This document shows, one piece after another, positions 44,695 to 57,524 of a stretch of 64,000 nt of DNA. The DNA lies in NCBI GenBank assembly GCA_022562055.1, contig JADFQA010000009.1, positions 17,255-81,254 of the forward strand, in the 5' to 3' direction. The translations under genes and the position numbers were made by a program. Every line of letters starts with the position of its first letter. The first letter of the stretch is position 1. The notes beneath the pieces were generated by a model. That model searched no databases. It had not been told where the DNA came from and was given only the letters and a program-made list of their open reading frames with translations. This DNA comes from Acidobacteriota bacterium (GTDB taxonomy: Bacteria; Actinomycetota; Acidimicrobiia; Spongiisociales; UBA5794).

Positions 44695-45540
44695 ATGGAC
44701 CAATCGCTCAACAAGATTTCGGACGAGTACGGCTACCCCGCTGACCTGGTTTCAAGAGCCGCCGCCGCGCGAGCCCAGGTGGAGGGAATCAGCCGCGAAG
44801 CCGTCGCCGCCCGCTGGGCGGGGGAAGAAGTGCCCGAAGGGGGAGCGGCACCTGCGGCCGCACCCGCAGCCGTCGCAACCACACAGGACGATGCCGCAAC
44901 TCCGGCCGGTCTTGATGTCGAAGTGCTCGAAGCCGTTGGGCACGATGAACCTGACCTGCCCGACTCGCCGTCTGTAGTAGATGAGCCAAGTCCGGTAGGC
45001 GGGTTCGTGAGATGGCTCGCCATTGTTGCGTTCATCATTCCTGTCATTGCTCTCACGTACGCCTTTGTCGCGCCCGATGGTCCGGCCTGCGGAGCAGCCG
45101 GTCAACTCGACGTCGATCCTGCGACTGGGAACGCGGTCGGGTGCGACGGCAAGGCCTACGGTGCCGGTGCCGTCAATTTCTTTGCGCTCGGCCAGGACGT
45201 GTACACCGCACAGTGCGTTGCGTGTCACGCTGCCGACGGCAGCGGCGGGGTTGGACCTGCATTCTTCGGTGGGTCAATCGTCGAGACGTTCCCGGCGAAT
45301 ATTTGTGCGGACCATCTTGAGTGGATCACGCTCGGGTCCTCTGGGTGGCAGAACGAGCGTGGTAATACGTACGGTGCCTCCGCCAAACCAGTGCTCGGAT
45401 TTTCCGGTGTGCCGATGCCAGGCTTTAGTAAGCTGACAGCCGACGAGCTTTCCGCGGTAGCTATATATCAACGTGTCGCATTTGGTGGCGAGGAAATCGC
45501 TATCGCAGAAGCTTCCTGCCTCGTCTCCGCAGCCAGTTAG
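44695..45540 (+). CDS. Membrane-anchored monoheme cytochrome c with a cytoplasmic N-terminal extension
   Basis: One TM helix, CVACH and GVPMPGF; four further Cys outside the heme motif. Confidence 0.9.
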   Translation: MDQSLNKISDEYGYPADLVSRAAAARAQVEGISREAVAARWAGEEVPEGGAAPAAAPAAVATTQDDAATPAGLDVEVLEAVGHDEPDLPDSPSVVDEPSPVGGFVRWLAIVAFIIPVIALTYAFVAPDGPACGAAGQLDVDPATGNAVGCDGKAYGAGAVNFFALGQDVYTAQCVACHAADGSGGVGPAFFGGSIVETFPANICADHLEWITLGSSGWQNERGNTYGASAKPVLGFSGVPMPGFSKLTADELSAVAIYQRVAFGGEEIAIAEASCLVSAAS

Positions 45541-45597
45541 CGATCCCAATTCGTACCGAGGTAAGTTCCGGCGTCCGTAACCCGTAGGATCATCGTC

Positions 45598-46833
45598 ATG
45601 CCTTCTCTAGATGTTCTCGTAGTCGGTGGTGGACCCGGTGGCTGTGCGGCCGGATACTGGTTAGCCCGCCAGGGTGTTTCCGTAAGCGTCATCGAGAAGA
45701 AGACGTATCCGCGAGCAAAGACGTGCGGGGACGGTCTCACCCCGCGGGCGATCAAGCAGCTTATCGACATGGGGTTCGACTTCGACATCCCTGAGATTCA
45801 TAAGATCAAAGGACTCCGTGCATACGCCGGCGACCTGGTTCTTGAGATGCCGTGGCCTGAACGAACGACGTACCCGAACTGGGGTGCGTCGATACGCCGA
45901 GCCGACTTGGACGGTGCGGTTGCCGAGCTTGCTCGTAGTCAGGGCGCCGAGGTCCGAGAAGGCACGGAGGCAGTTGCAGTTATCGAGGACTGGAGACTGA
46001 TCGCCGTCGACCTCAAAACAGCCGACGGTTCTGTCGAACGAGTTTTTCCCAAGATTGTCATCATTGCTGATGGATCGTTGAGTCGTTTCGGCCGGGCGCT
46101 TGCGGTCCAGCGTCGCCGAGACTACCCGTACGCCCTCGCGGTCCGCACGTATTACCGATCGCCGTATTCGACGAATGAGTTCATCGAAAGCCAACTCGAT
46201 ATCCGCGACAAGGATGGTCGCTCTCTGCCCGGTTACGGGTGGGTGTTCCCGCTCGGTGACGGCACGATCAACGTCGGTGTCGGTGTGCTCTCGACGTTCA
46301 AGGGATGGAAAGAGGTCAACACTTCGCACATGCTCGAGTCGTATGTTGCTCGCCTGCCCGAGCATTGGCAGGTTTCGGAGAATGATGTCCTCCAGCCGCC
46401 GACTGGCGGCAAGCTGCCGATGGCGATGTCGGTCGGTCCGAAGGTTGGTGCCAACTGGCTCGTCATTGGCGATGCTGCCGGCGCGGTCAATCCGTTCAAC
46501 GGCGAAGGCATCGACTACGCATACGAGACAGGTCGCATGGCTGCTGATGTGATTGTCGAGGCGCTAGCTGCGAACGATCTTGCGTTGTTGCACCGATACT
46601 CGCAAGTACTCGACGACGAGTACGCCGCCTACTACAAGGTCGCGCGGATATTTGTCAACGTCATCGGTAATCCATCGGTGATGAAGGCGCTGACCCAGGT
46701 CGGGTTGCGGTCGCGCCCGCTCATGGAGTGGACGTTGAAGGTCATGGCGAACCTGCTCGAGCCCGAGGAGTACGGCATGTCAGAGCGCGTGTACAAAGCG
46801 ATCGAAAAGGTCGTCCGTTTCGTCCCCAAGTAG
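45598..46833 (+). CDS. Geranylgeranyl reductase family protein (MenJ-like menaquinone reductase)
   Basis: VVGGGPGG, KTCGDGLTPRA, GYGWVFP, GDAAG.VNPFNGEGI.YA.ETG; located near nuoA. Confidence 0.88.
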   Translation: MPSLDVLVVGGGPGGCAAGYWLARQGVSVSVIEKKTYPRAKTCGDGLTPRAIKQLIDMGFDFDIPEIHKIKGLRAYAGDLVLEMPWPERTTYPNWGASIRRADLDGAVAELARSQGAEVREGTEAVAVIEDWRLIAVDLKTADGSVERVFPKIVIIADGSLSRFGRALAVQRRRDYPYALAVRTYYRSPYSTNEFIESQLDIRDKDGRSLPGYGWVFPLGDGTINVGVGVLSTFKGWKEVNTSHMLESYVARLPEHWQVSENDVLQPPTGGKLPMAMSVGPKVGANWLVIGDAAGAVNPFNGEGIDYAYETGRMAADVIVEALAANDLALLHRYSQVLDDEYAAYYKVARIFVNVIGNPSVMKALTQVGLRSRPLMEWTLKVMANLLEPEEYGMSERVYKAIEKVVRFVPK

Positions 46834-46859
46834 CCGCCGTTTTCGGATTCTGGCGCTCT

Positions 46860-47480
46860 TTACGCCCGTATACGGGCGTGGTTAGCGCCAGAATCCATTT
46901 GTCGCGCTGGGGCGCCGATAAGCGCTCGGATACCCGGGCCGAGGCCGTCGAACACGGTGATGTCGTTGCGAATCTCAGCGACGAGAAGCATGCCTTCGGT
47001 CAGGGCGAGCACGGCGTCTGCTGCTGCTGCTGACGAGTCTTGCTCGGGGATTTCGCCGGCCGCAATAGCGTCGTCGATTGCTCCCTTGAACAGCTCGCTC
47101 ATGCGAGCGAGCATTTCCGCAGCAGCGTCCTGAAGACCTGGGTGGAGGCCGGTGGCCTCGCTCCCCACGCTGCCGAATGGGCATCCGTACGCCCGGTCCC
47201 ATCCCTCTTGCATCGTCTTTACCGACTCGGCATATCGGTCGAATCGTTCGAGCGGCGGGAGATCGCTAGAGAAAGCCGACCCATAGATCCGTTTTGAAGA
47301 CTCTTCCCAGTCATGGTCCAGAACTGCAAGTCCGAGCTCTTCCTTCGTCTTGAACCAGTAGTAGAAGCTGCCCTTGGGTATCCCGACTGCCTCACAAATG
47401 TCGCGGATGCTCACGGCCTCGTACGAACGGGCGCGGATTAGACGTGCGGCCGCTGAAACGATCTCTGGTTTTGTGGTCAT
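46860..47480 (-). CDS. TetR-family regulator (NemR/LmrA-like C-terminus)
   Basis: SIRDICEAVGIPKGSFYYWFKTKEEL and GCPFG. Confidence 0.92.
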   Translation of the reverse strand: MTTKPEIVSAAARLIRARSYEAVSIRDICEAVGIPKGSFYYWFKTKEELGLAVLDHDWEESSKRIYGSAFSSDLPPLERFDRYAESVKTMQEGWDRAYGCPFGSVGSEATGLHPGLQDAAAEMLARMSELFKGAIDDAIAAGEIPEQDSSAAAADAVLALTEGMLLVAEIRNDITVFDGLGPGIRALIGAPARQMDSGANHARIRA

Positions 47481-47490
47481 ACCCAGATAC

Positions 47491-47552
47491 TAGTCGGTCG
47501 GTCGACTTGCGTCATAGCAAAGTTCCCTGTATTGTCGTCGACCGGTCGACTA
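47491..47552. promoter_or_regulatory. Two related TetR-type operators
   Basis: TAGTCGGTCGGTCGACTT (47491-47508) and TCGTCGACCGGTCGACTA (47535-47552, perfect 14-bp core) lie in the divergent gap. Confidence 0.65.
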
Positions 47553-47566
47553 CCAGGAGATACCGC

Positions 47567-48067
47567 GTGCAGATTAAGTATGAGACAACGATTGAGGCTC
47601 CCCGGGACCACGTGTGGAAGATCCTCAACGACTTTGGAAATATTGAGAATTTCCACCCCTTCGTGCTCGAGTCGCATTCGCTCTCAGACGCCGCCGGTGG
47701 GCTCGGCGCGACGAGGAGGTGCGACTTCGGCAAAGGTGTCGCGGTGAGCGAGCGAATCGTTGGTTGGTCGGATGGAGAGTCGATGGACATCGACATTTAC
47801 AAACGCGAAGGGATGCCGTCCGTCGTAAAGTCGATGACGGCCCGGTTTGAGTTGTCCGACGCTGGCGACGCAACCCGCGTCGTCGGCTCGCTCTCGATCG
47901 AAATCGCGCCAAAGGTCGTTGCGGTGCTCATGGGTCCCATCATGAACCGACAAATGACTAAAGCGTTGCGAGGGCTTTTGGCAGGTATGAAACGGCACGC
48001 TGAGACGCAAGACCTCGTCAATGTGGAGTCCGACGTTGACATTGATGCTGTTGTCGCCGTCGCTTAG
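47567..48067 (+). CDS. SRPBCC / polyketide cyclase-family protein
   Basis: GGAG RBS with GTG at 47567; TIEAPRDHVWKILNDF...GATRRCDF...ERI..W. Confidence 0.85.
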   Translation: MQIKYETTIEAPRDHVWKILNDFGNIENFHPFVLESHSLSDAAGGLGATRRCDFGKGVAVSERIVGWSDGESMDIDIYKREGMPSVVKSMTARFELSDAGDATRVVGSLSIEIAPKVVAVLMGPIMNRQMTKALRGLLAGMKRHAETQDLVNVESDVDIDAVVAVA

Positions 48068-48121
48068 CGCTAGTCCGGTATGCCGTTAGTCACCCAAGTT
48101 CGCGATCGGTCGGTCCGTTAA

Positions 48122-49081
<960 letters not shown>

Positions 49082-49170
49082 CCGTCGCTTCGCTGAGACG
49101 CAGCTCGTCATAGTTTTGGTGGAATGCGATCTCGTTTCTAGGCTGCGGACGTGGAAAGAGGAGTGTCACC

Positions 49171-49590
49171 GTGACTCTTGTTGCGTATTTACCAATCGGC
49201 CTCATGATGCTGCTGGGAATCGGCTTTGCCACGACCGCGATGTGGGTGTCGTGGAAGATTGCACCCAACAATCCCTCCCCCGAAAAGCTCGCTCCGTACG
49301 AGTGCGGCATCGTTCCCCTCCAAGAACCCGCCGAGCGTTTCCCCATTAAGTTCTACCTCGTTGCCATGTTGTTCGTGATCTTTGACGTCGAACTTGTGTT
49401 TCTGTTCGCATGGGCCGTGCGCTTCGAATCATTCGGGTGGACAGGCATCGCCGCGATGGCAGTGTTCGTCGCGCTGCTCGCAGAGACGCTCGTCTATGTG
49501 TGGAAGCGTGGCGCTCTCGACTGGAACGTGGCTCACCGGGCCCGATACCGCAGAGTCGTTGCTGAGTACGCCGACGAAGAGGCGGCGTAG
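49171..49590 (+). CDS. nuoA: NADH-quinone oxidoreductase subunit A
   Basis: [19 protein letters not shown] and KRGALDW. Confidence 0.97.
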   Translation: MTLVAYLPIGLMMLLGIGFATTAMWVSWKIAPNNPSPEKLAPYECGIVPLQEPAERFPIKFYLVAMLFVIFDVELVFLFAWAVRFESFGWTGIAAMAVFVALLAETLVYVWKRGALDWNVAHRARYRRVVAEYADEEAA

Positions 49591-50060
49591 TGGCCGGTGA
49601 GACGACCCCACCGGGATTCTTGCTCACCACTCTCGACAAGGGTGTCAACTGGGCGCGAACCCGCTCGATGTGGCCGGCGTCTTTTGGTCTCGCGTGTTGC
49701 GCCATCGAGATGATGGCGACCGGCGCATCTCACAACGACATTGCGCGTTTCGGCATGGAAGTGTTCCGCGCTTCTCCGCGTCAGGCTGACCTGATGATCG
49801 TTGCCGGGCGCGTTTCGCAGAAAATGGCCCCGGTACTGCGCCAGGTGTATGACCAAATGGCCGATCCGAAATGGGTGATCTCGATGGGTGCGTGCGCATC
49901 CACCGGGGGAATGTTCAACAACTACGCGCTGGTGCAAGGCGTCGACCAGATCGTTCCGGTCGACATGTACGTCCCGGGTTGCCCGCCAGGTCCGCAGTCG
50001 TTGCTGCACGGTATTTTGAGCCTGCAAGAAGAAATCATGGCTGGCACCATCCGCCGGTAA
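49590..50060 (+). CDS. nuoB: NADH-quinone oxidoreductase subunit B
   Basis: [21 protein letters not shown] and PGCPP. Confidence 0.97.
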   Translation: MAGETTPPGFLLTTLDKGVNWARTRSMWPASFGLACCAIEMMATGASHNDIARFGMEVFRASPRQADLMIVAGRVSQKMAPVLRQVYDQMADPKWVISMGACASTGGMFNNYALVQGVDQIVPVDMYVPGCPPGPQSLLHGILSLQEEIMAGTIRR

Positions 50061-50079
50061 TCGAGGAGTAGCAGAACCA

Positions 50080-50652
50080 GTGTCTGAGGAGAGCAAAACA
50101 AAGCCTAAGAGCGCGACGGCTCAGAGTGTGACGCACGGAGGTGACGCTGGCGCGGCGCGCGTCATGCCCGCAGACGCCGTCTTGGCCGCCCTCGCCGAGG
50201 AGTTTGCGAGCGCCGAATTCGAGGTGTTTGAAGCTGCCGGCGCATCGTGGGACATCGTTACGGTGTCGGTAGACGACTATCACGGGTTTGTCGCTGCGGC
50301 CCATGCCAGCGGGTACACCATGTTTGTTGACCTGTGCGCCGTTGATTATCTGAGAAGAGACCCCCGTTTCGAAGTCGTGGTGCACATTGAGTCGCCCAGT
50401 CCCTACACGAGGTTGCGTATCAAGGTCGGGGTTACGATGCCCGACGTTCTCGTTTCGTCGATCTCCGACATCTACGCGGGTGCCAACTTTTTTGAACGCG
50501 AGGCGTTCGACCTCATGGGTGTCAACTTCTCGGGTCACCCCGACCTGACGCGTCTGCTGCTTCCTGACGACTGGGAAGGTCATCCGCTGCGCAAGGACGC
50601 AGCGACAGGCACGGTGCCCGTCCAGTTCAAGGCGTCGTACAAAGCCACATGA
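50080..50652 (+). CDS. nuoC: NADH-quinone oxidoreductase subunit C
   Basis: EREAFDLMG..F.GHPDL.R and GHPLRKD. Confidence 0.96.
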   Translation: MSEESKTKPKSATAQSVTHGGDAGAARVMPADAVLAALAEEFASAEFEVFEAAGASWDIVTVSVDDYHGFVAAAHASGYTMFVDLCAVDYLRRDPRFEVVVHIESPSPYTRLRIKVGVTMPDVLVSSISDIYAGANFFEREAFDLMGVNFSGHPDLTRLLLPDDWEGHPLRKDAATGTVPVQFKASYKAT

Positions 50653-52070
50653 GCGACACGCCAAACATCCTTGCCGACGAGGACGAAACCAACGGTGGCG
50701 ACCTGTCACCTATGGCCAGTGACGCGGATTCTCGTCGCGAAATTCACGACCTGTGGGTTGCCGGCACCGAAGAGCCCGATTGGCTGAAGTCGGCGACCGA
50801 CGAAGGTGCCCAGGAGATCCTCCCAGAGTCCCAAGACCCCGCCGCAGCCATTCAGCTCGGCATCACTGTGGACAACGACTACGTCGATAGCAGCGACGTT
50901 GTGCAGGAGCAGCGTCAGATTCTCAACATGGGACCGCAACACCCGTCGACACATGGAGTGTTGCGCCTTCACCTCGAGCTCGAGGGCGAGACCATTCGCC
51001 GCGTGAAACCGATCATCGGATACCTCCACACAGGGATGGAAAAAACCGCCGAAACCCTCTCGTACATGCAGGGTTCGACCAACGTCACACGCATGGATTA
51101 CCTCTCACCGTTTCACAACGAGCTAGCTTTTTCGCTCGCCGTTGAACAGCTCCTCGTCGTTGACATCCCTGCGCGTGCACAGGCCATCCGCGTTCTGATG
51201 ACCGAATTGAATCGCATTTCGAGCCATCTTCTCTGGGTCGCCACCCAGGGTATGGACATCGGCGCTGTGTCGCTGATGTTGTTCGGGTGGCAAGAGCGCG
51301 AATACTGTCTGGAGTTTTTCGAAAAAGTCACCGGTCTTCGTATGAACCACAACTTCATCCGTCCCGGTGGAGTCGCGGCCGACATGCACGACGGCTGGGA
51401 AGACGACGTCGAGGATCTTCTCGTCAAGATTCCGCTGGGCATCGAACGGTACGAGAACATGCTCAGTGAGAGTCCCATCTTCCTCGACCGCACCCAGGGC
51501 GTTGGTGTAATCACTCCCGAAGAATGCCGTCAGTACGGCGTAACCGGCCCTATCGCACGAGCCTCGGGGATCGACCATGACCTCCGCAAGGTGTTCCCGT
51601 ACAGCGGAATCGAGCAGTACGACTTCGATATCCCGATTGGGAAACACGGCGACGTGTACGACCGCTACGTTGTGCGCATGGAGGAGATGCGTCAGTCTCT
51701 ACGCATAGTCAGCCAGGTGCTCAACACCATGCCAGCCGGCGACTATCGGACCGAGGACCGCAAAGTGACGCCGCCGCCGCGCAAGCGCATCGATGAGTCG
51801 ATGGAGGCGCTCATCCACCACTTCAAACTGTTTACCGAGGGGTTCCGTGTTCCTGCCGGCGAGGCGTACCAAAGTGTGGAGTCCCCTCGCGGTCACCTGG
51901 GTGTCTACCTCGTCTCCCAGGGCGGTGCGCGTCCGTGGCGACTCCATGTGCGTGCGCCCTCGTTTGCGGCGGTCCAAGCCATGCCCGTGATGATGACCGA
52001 CACGTTGATCGCTGACCTTGTCGCAACCCTTGCCTCCACCGACCCGGTACTCGGAGATGTCGATCGATGA
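50649..52070 (+). CDS. nuoD: NADH-quinone oxidoreductase subunit D, with an acidic N-terminal extension
   Basis: NMGPQHPSTHGVL, GYLHTG.EK, RMDY and DPVLGDVDR. Confidence 0.97.
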   Translation: MSDTPNILADEDETNGGDLSPMASDADSRREIHDLWVAGTEEPDWLKSATDEGAQEILPESQDPAAAIQLGITVDNDYVDSSDVVQEQRQILNMGPQHPSTHGVLRLHLELEGETIRRVKPIIGYLHTGMEKTAETLSYMQGSTNVTRMDYLSPFHNELAFSLAVEQLLVVDIPARAQAIRVLMTELNRISSHLLWVATQGMDIGAVSLMLFGWQEREYCLEFFEKVTGLRMNHNFIRPGGVAADMHDGWEDDVEDLLVKIPLGIERYENMLSESPIFLDRTQGVGVITPEECRQYGVTGPIARASGIDHDLRKVFPYSGIEQYDFDIPIGKHGDVYDRYVVRMEEMRQSLRIVSQVLNTMPAGDYRTEDRKVTPPPRKRIDESMEALIHHFKLFTEGFRVPAGEAYQSVESPRGHLGVYLVSQGGARPWRLHVRAPSFAAVQAMPVMMTDTLIADLVATLASTDPVLGDVDR

Positions 52071-52707
52071 CTGACCTAATGGCTGACCGTGTGATCAATC
52101 AATGGAGTCCCGAGCGTCAGGAGCGTGCTCGGGCGGTGTTGGCCGCCTACCCAGAGCGCCGCTCAGCCGTGATGCCACTGCTCTATCTGGCGTCCCGCGA
52201 ACACGGGCACTGTACGACCCAAGCAATGGTCGAGGTCGGCAAGATCACCGGACTCACGTCTGTTCAGGTCGAATCGGTCGCTTCCTTTTACTCGATGTAC
52301 AGGCGCGAAAATGTTGGGAAGTACGTCATCTCGGTCTGTACCTCTATCTCTTGTTTTCTCCTCGGTGCCGATGACGTTCTGGCAGCGATTGAAGATGAGA
52401 CCGATACGCCAGACGGCGAAACCTCGTCTGACAAGCTTTTCTCGGTCGAACATGTTGAGTGCTCAGGGGCGTGCGGCGGTGCTCCCGCCGTGTCAGTGAA
52501 CTGGGAACTCATCGAAGGAGTACTTCCTGAAAGGGGGCGCGCATTATGCCGGTGGCTCAGGGACGCACGGCCCGTCACGGTGCTTGCGGACGAAATGCAG
52601 ACACTCTTCGGCGGTCAGCAGTCCTTTGACTGGGGGATTGTGGAACTTCAGGGCGCGACGAGTCACATACCGGCCTTTGAACCCTACGAGTCGGCCGGGG
52701 AATCAGC

Positions 52708-52711
<4 letters not shown>
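52067..52711 (+). CDS. nuoE: NADH-quinone oxidoreductase subunit E
   Basis: SFYSMY, VCTSISC and ECSGACGGAP. Confidence 0.95.
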
Positions 52712-54022
<1,311 letters not shown>

Positions 54023-54030
<8 letters not shown>

Positions 54031-56470
54031 TCACGAAACACAAGAGATGGTGACGATCACACTCGACGGCGTCGACACGCCAGTTCCCAAAGGGAAACTG
54101 CTGATCGACGCTGCTGAAGCGGTCGGGACCTACATACCGCGGTTCTGTCACCAGGCTCGGCTCAAGCCTGTCGCCATTTGCCGGATGTGTCTCGTCGAGG
54201 TCGAAGGGCCTCGTGGAAAGGCGCTGGTTCCCTCCTGCACGCAACCTTGTAACGAAGGCATGGTTGTTGAGACCACGAGTGCTGTTGTCCAAAAGGTACA
54301 GGAGGGCGTACTTGAGTTCTTGCTACTCAACCATCCTCTCGACTGTTCGGTGTGCGACAAGGGTGGCGAATGTCCGCTCCAGGACCACACCATTGCGTAC
54401 GGCCCGGGGGAGTCTCGGTTTGTCGAGGAGAAGCGCCACTATGAGAAACCCATCGAGATTTCTGAACTCGTCTTGCTTGACCGCGAGCGCTGCATCCTGT
54501 GTGCCCGCTGCACGCGTTTTAGCGATGAGATATCCGGTGACCCGCTGATCGAATTCATCGATCGAGGCAACGGAACCCAAATACTCACGTTTTCCGACGA
54601 ACCGTTTGCGTCTTACTTCTCCGGCAACACCGTGCAGATCTGTCCGGTCGGCGCTCTGACCGCCAAGCCGTTTCGATTCCGTGCTCGGCCGTGGGATCTT
54701 GAAGCGATCGAATCCGTTTCGATGGTCGATTCGGTAGGGTCGAAGGTTTCTGTGCAGACGAGCCAGAACAGCGTGCTTCGCATCGACGGCGTGGATTCGG
54801 ACACCACCAACCACGGTTGGCTGTCCGACAAGGACCGGTTTATCTACCAGGCGATTCAATCCGAGGACCGGCTCACGATGCCGCTCGTCCGCAAAGACGG
54901 GAAGCTTGTCGAGGCTGAATGGGGTGAGGCCTTTGATATCGTCGCTGAACGGCTTGGCGCCCTCCTTGGTGGGGAGATCGCCGGTCTTGGTGGCACCCGC
55001 TCAACTAACGAAGAGGCATTCGCGTTCGGAAAGTTCTTGCGGTCCGTTGTTGTCACACCGCACATGGATGCCCAGCTCGACGACGCAATTGCTGACGATT
55101 TCCTCGCCGCAGTCGTCGACCGCGCCGAAATCAACGACCTCGAAACCGCAAAGACGATTCTGCTGTGGGCGGGTGACCTGAAGGAGGAGCTGCCGGTCCT
55201 CTACCTTCGTGTGCGCCGCGCGGCCACCATCCTTGGAGCCGATCTCATCGTGGTCCACCCTCGGTGGACGGGCCTCAGCGACGTTGCAAAGCATGTCATT
55301 ACCTACCGCCCCGGTGAGGGGGCAGACACACTTCGCCGTCTCAAGGCTGGGACCGATTCGCTTGCAGACGCCCGCGAGACTCTCAACTTCGGTCCGGTTG
55401 TTGCACTTATCGGTCGCACCGGGGGCGCAGAAGATCCGCGTCTCGCCGAGTCTGTCGCCGCCTTCGTCCGCGAACTCCCTGACGCAACCATCTTGCCGCT
55501 GGCACGCAGACCTAACGTGTACGGGGCCCTTGACATGGGTGTTTCAGCCGAGCTGCTTCCCGGGCGGGTCAGTGTTCACGATGCCGACGGGAGGGCTGCG
55601 CTCGAGGACCACTGGGGACCTCTGCCGGAGGGCCGCGGAAAACACGCGACGGAGATACTTGAGAGCCTGCGCGATGGGTCGATAAGGGCACTTATCACGC
55701 TCGGCGCCGACCCGATCGGGAACCATCCACAACCCGGTCTCGCCGCCGAGGCAATCGAAGCTGCGGAATTCGTCGTGTCCCTCGACATATTCTTGAACCA
55801 GACTTCAAGCAGAGCCGACGTCGTGTTCCCGGTGGCAGGCTATGGCGAATCCGAGGGGACGGTCACAAACCTTGAAGGACGCGTCCAAAAGCTCAACCGC
55901 ATCGTCGCCGCCCCAGGCCAAGTACGAACCACATGGTCAGTGCTCGATGAACTTGCCCAGCGCATGGGCGGAAACCTGTCCGCGCACAGCGCGGAAGCGT
56001 TAATGAAAGAGATATCCACCGTTGCACCCGCATACCGTGGTATCGACTGGACCCTGCTTGACTGGGGCGACGGACGAGACGGTGTCGTAGTACCGATGCC
56101 AGAGGCCACCCAGCCGCTTCAGTACATCCCCGTCGAGTCGTCCACAACAGCCACAACCGGTCGGTTCACGCTTCACCTCGGTCGTGTTCTCTTCGACGAC
56201 TCGACCATGCTGCAAAACAGCCCCTCGCTAGCGGTTCTTGTGCCGCAGGCCGCCGCCGCGTTTCATCCTCGCGACCTCGCCGTCCTTGCTGTGAAACCAG
56301 GCGACGTTGTGAAGGTCTCTGGTGAGTACGGCTCGATCGGACTGCCGGTCAAGGCCGACGAGTCGCTTGTTGAGGGCACGGTGTACGTGCAAGCAAACCT
56401 GTCCGGATCGCGGGCATTGGGTGCGTCCCTGATCGTTCAGGTCGACGCGTTGAGAGGGGGCGGTTCCTAG
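54023..56470 (+). CDS. nuoG: NADH-quinone oxidoreductase subunit G
   Basis: PRFC...CRMC, HPLDCSVCDKGGEC and CILCARC...CPVGAL. The N7 cysteines are absent. Confidence 0.96.
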
Positions 56471-57514
56471 GTGGACATCTTCGTCGAGGCCGCCGTCAAG
56501 GTCCTTGTCGCGTTTGCGCTGTTACTCAACGTTGTCGTGGTCATCGTGTGGATGGAACGCAAAGTTGTCGCCGCCATGCAAACCCGTATCGGACCGGATA
56601 GGGCAGGTCCGTGGGGCATGTTCCAGACCATTGCGGACGGTATCAAGCTGATGATGAAGGAGTCCTTGACGCCACGCAAGGTGCAGTTCGGCCTCTATAT
56701 TGCAGCACCAGTTATGGCCTTGGTGCCCGCGCTGCTGCTCTTCCTTGTCATTCCAATCGGAGCACCGTTCCAGTTCGGGGACAGGACCATCACTCTTGCC
56801 GTTACCGACCTCAACATCGGCATCCTCTATGTGCTTGCGATTTCTTCGATCGGCGTGTACGCGGTGGTCCTGGCGGGCTGGTCGTCGGGTTCGAAATACC
56901 CTCTGTTTGGTTCGGTGCGTGCCTCTGCGCAGATGATCTCCTACGAGGCGGCAATGGGACTCTCGCTTATCCCGGTCATTATCTTTGCAAGGTCAGCGTC
57001 GCTCACGGGCATTGTCACCGCACAGGGCGGTGACACTTTCGGGTTCCTCGGCACATGGAACATCGTGCTACTCCCCTCGTTCATCATCTTCTTCATATCC
57101 GGGGTCGCGGAGACGAACCGCCCTCCCTTCGATATGGTCGAGGCAGAATCCGAGATCGTCGGCGGTTACCACACTGAATACTCTGGATTCCGGTTTGCGC
57201 TCTTCTTCCTTGCAGAGTTCATGAACATGTTCACCATGTCAGCACTGACGATCACCCTGTTCTTCGGCGGGTGGATGGGACCGACCTTTGGGCTTCCCGA
57301 GCGAATCCATTGGGTCATCTACATTGCATGGTTCTTTGCAAAGACGTTCACCTTTGTATTCATCTTCATCTGGCTGCGCGCGGCACTGCCTCGAATGAGA
57401 TACGACCAGCTCATGGGCTTCGGGTGGAAGCGGCTGATCCCGGCCGCGCTGATGTGGTTGGCCACGTTCACCGTCGCCATTGGATACCGGACGTTTGGGC
57501 TCCCATGGTCTTGA
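56471..57514 (+). CDS. nuoH: NADH-quinone oxidoreductase subunit H
   Basis: [33 protein letters not shown] and RMRYDQLM. Confidence 0.97.
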   Translation: MDIFVEAAVKVLVAFALLLNVVVVIVWMERKVVAAMQTRIGPDRAGPWGMFQTIADGIKLMMKESLTPRKVQFGLYIAAPVMALVPALLLFLVIPIGAPFQFGDRTITLAVTDLNIGILYVLAISSIGVYAVVLAGWSSGSKYPLFGSVRASAQMISYEAAMGLSLIPVIIFARSASLTGIVTAQGGDTFGFLGTWNIVLLPSFIIFFISGVAETNRPPFDMVEAESEIVGGYHTEYSGFRFALFFLAEFMNMFTMSALTITLFFGGWMGPTFGLPERIHWVIYIAWFFAKTFTFVFIFIWLRAALPRMRYDQLMGFGWKRLIPAALMWLATFTVAIGYRTFGLPWS

Positions 57515-57524
57515 AAGGTGCAAC

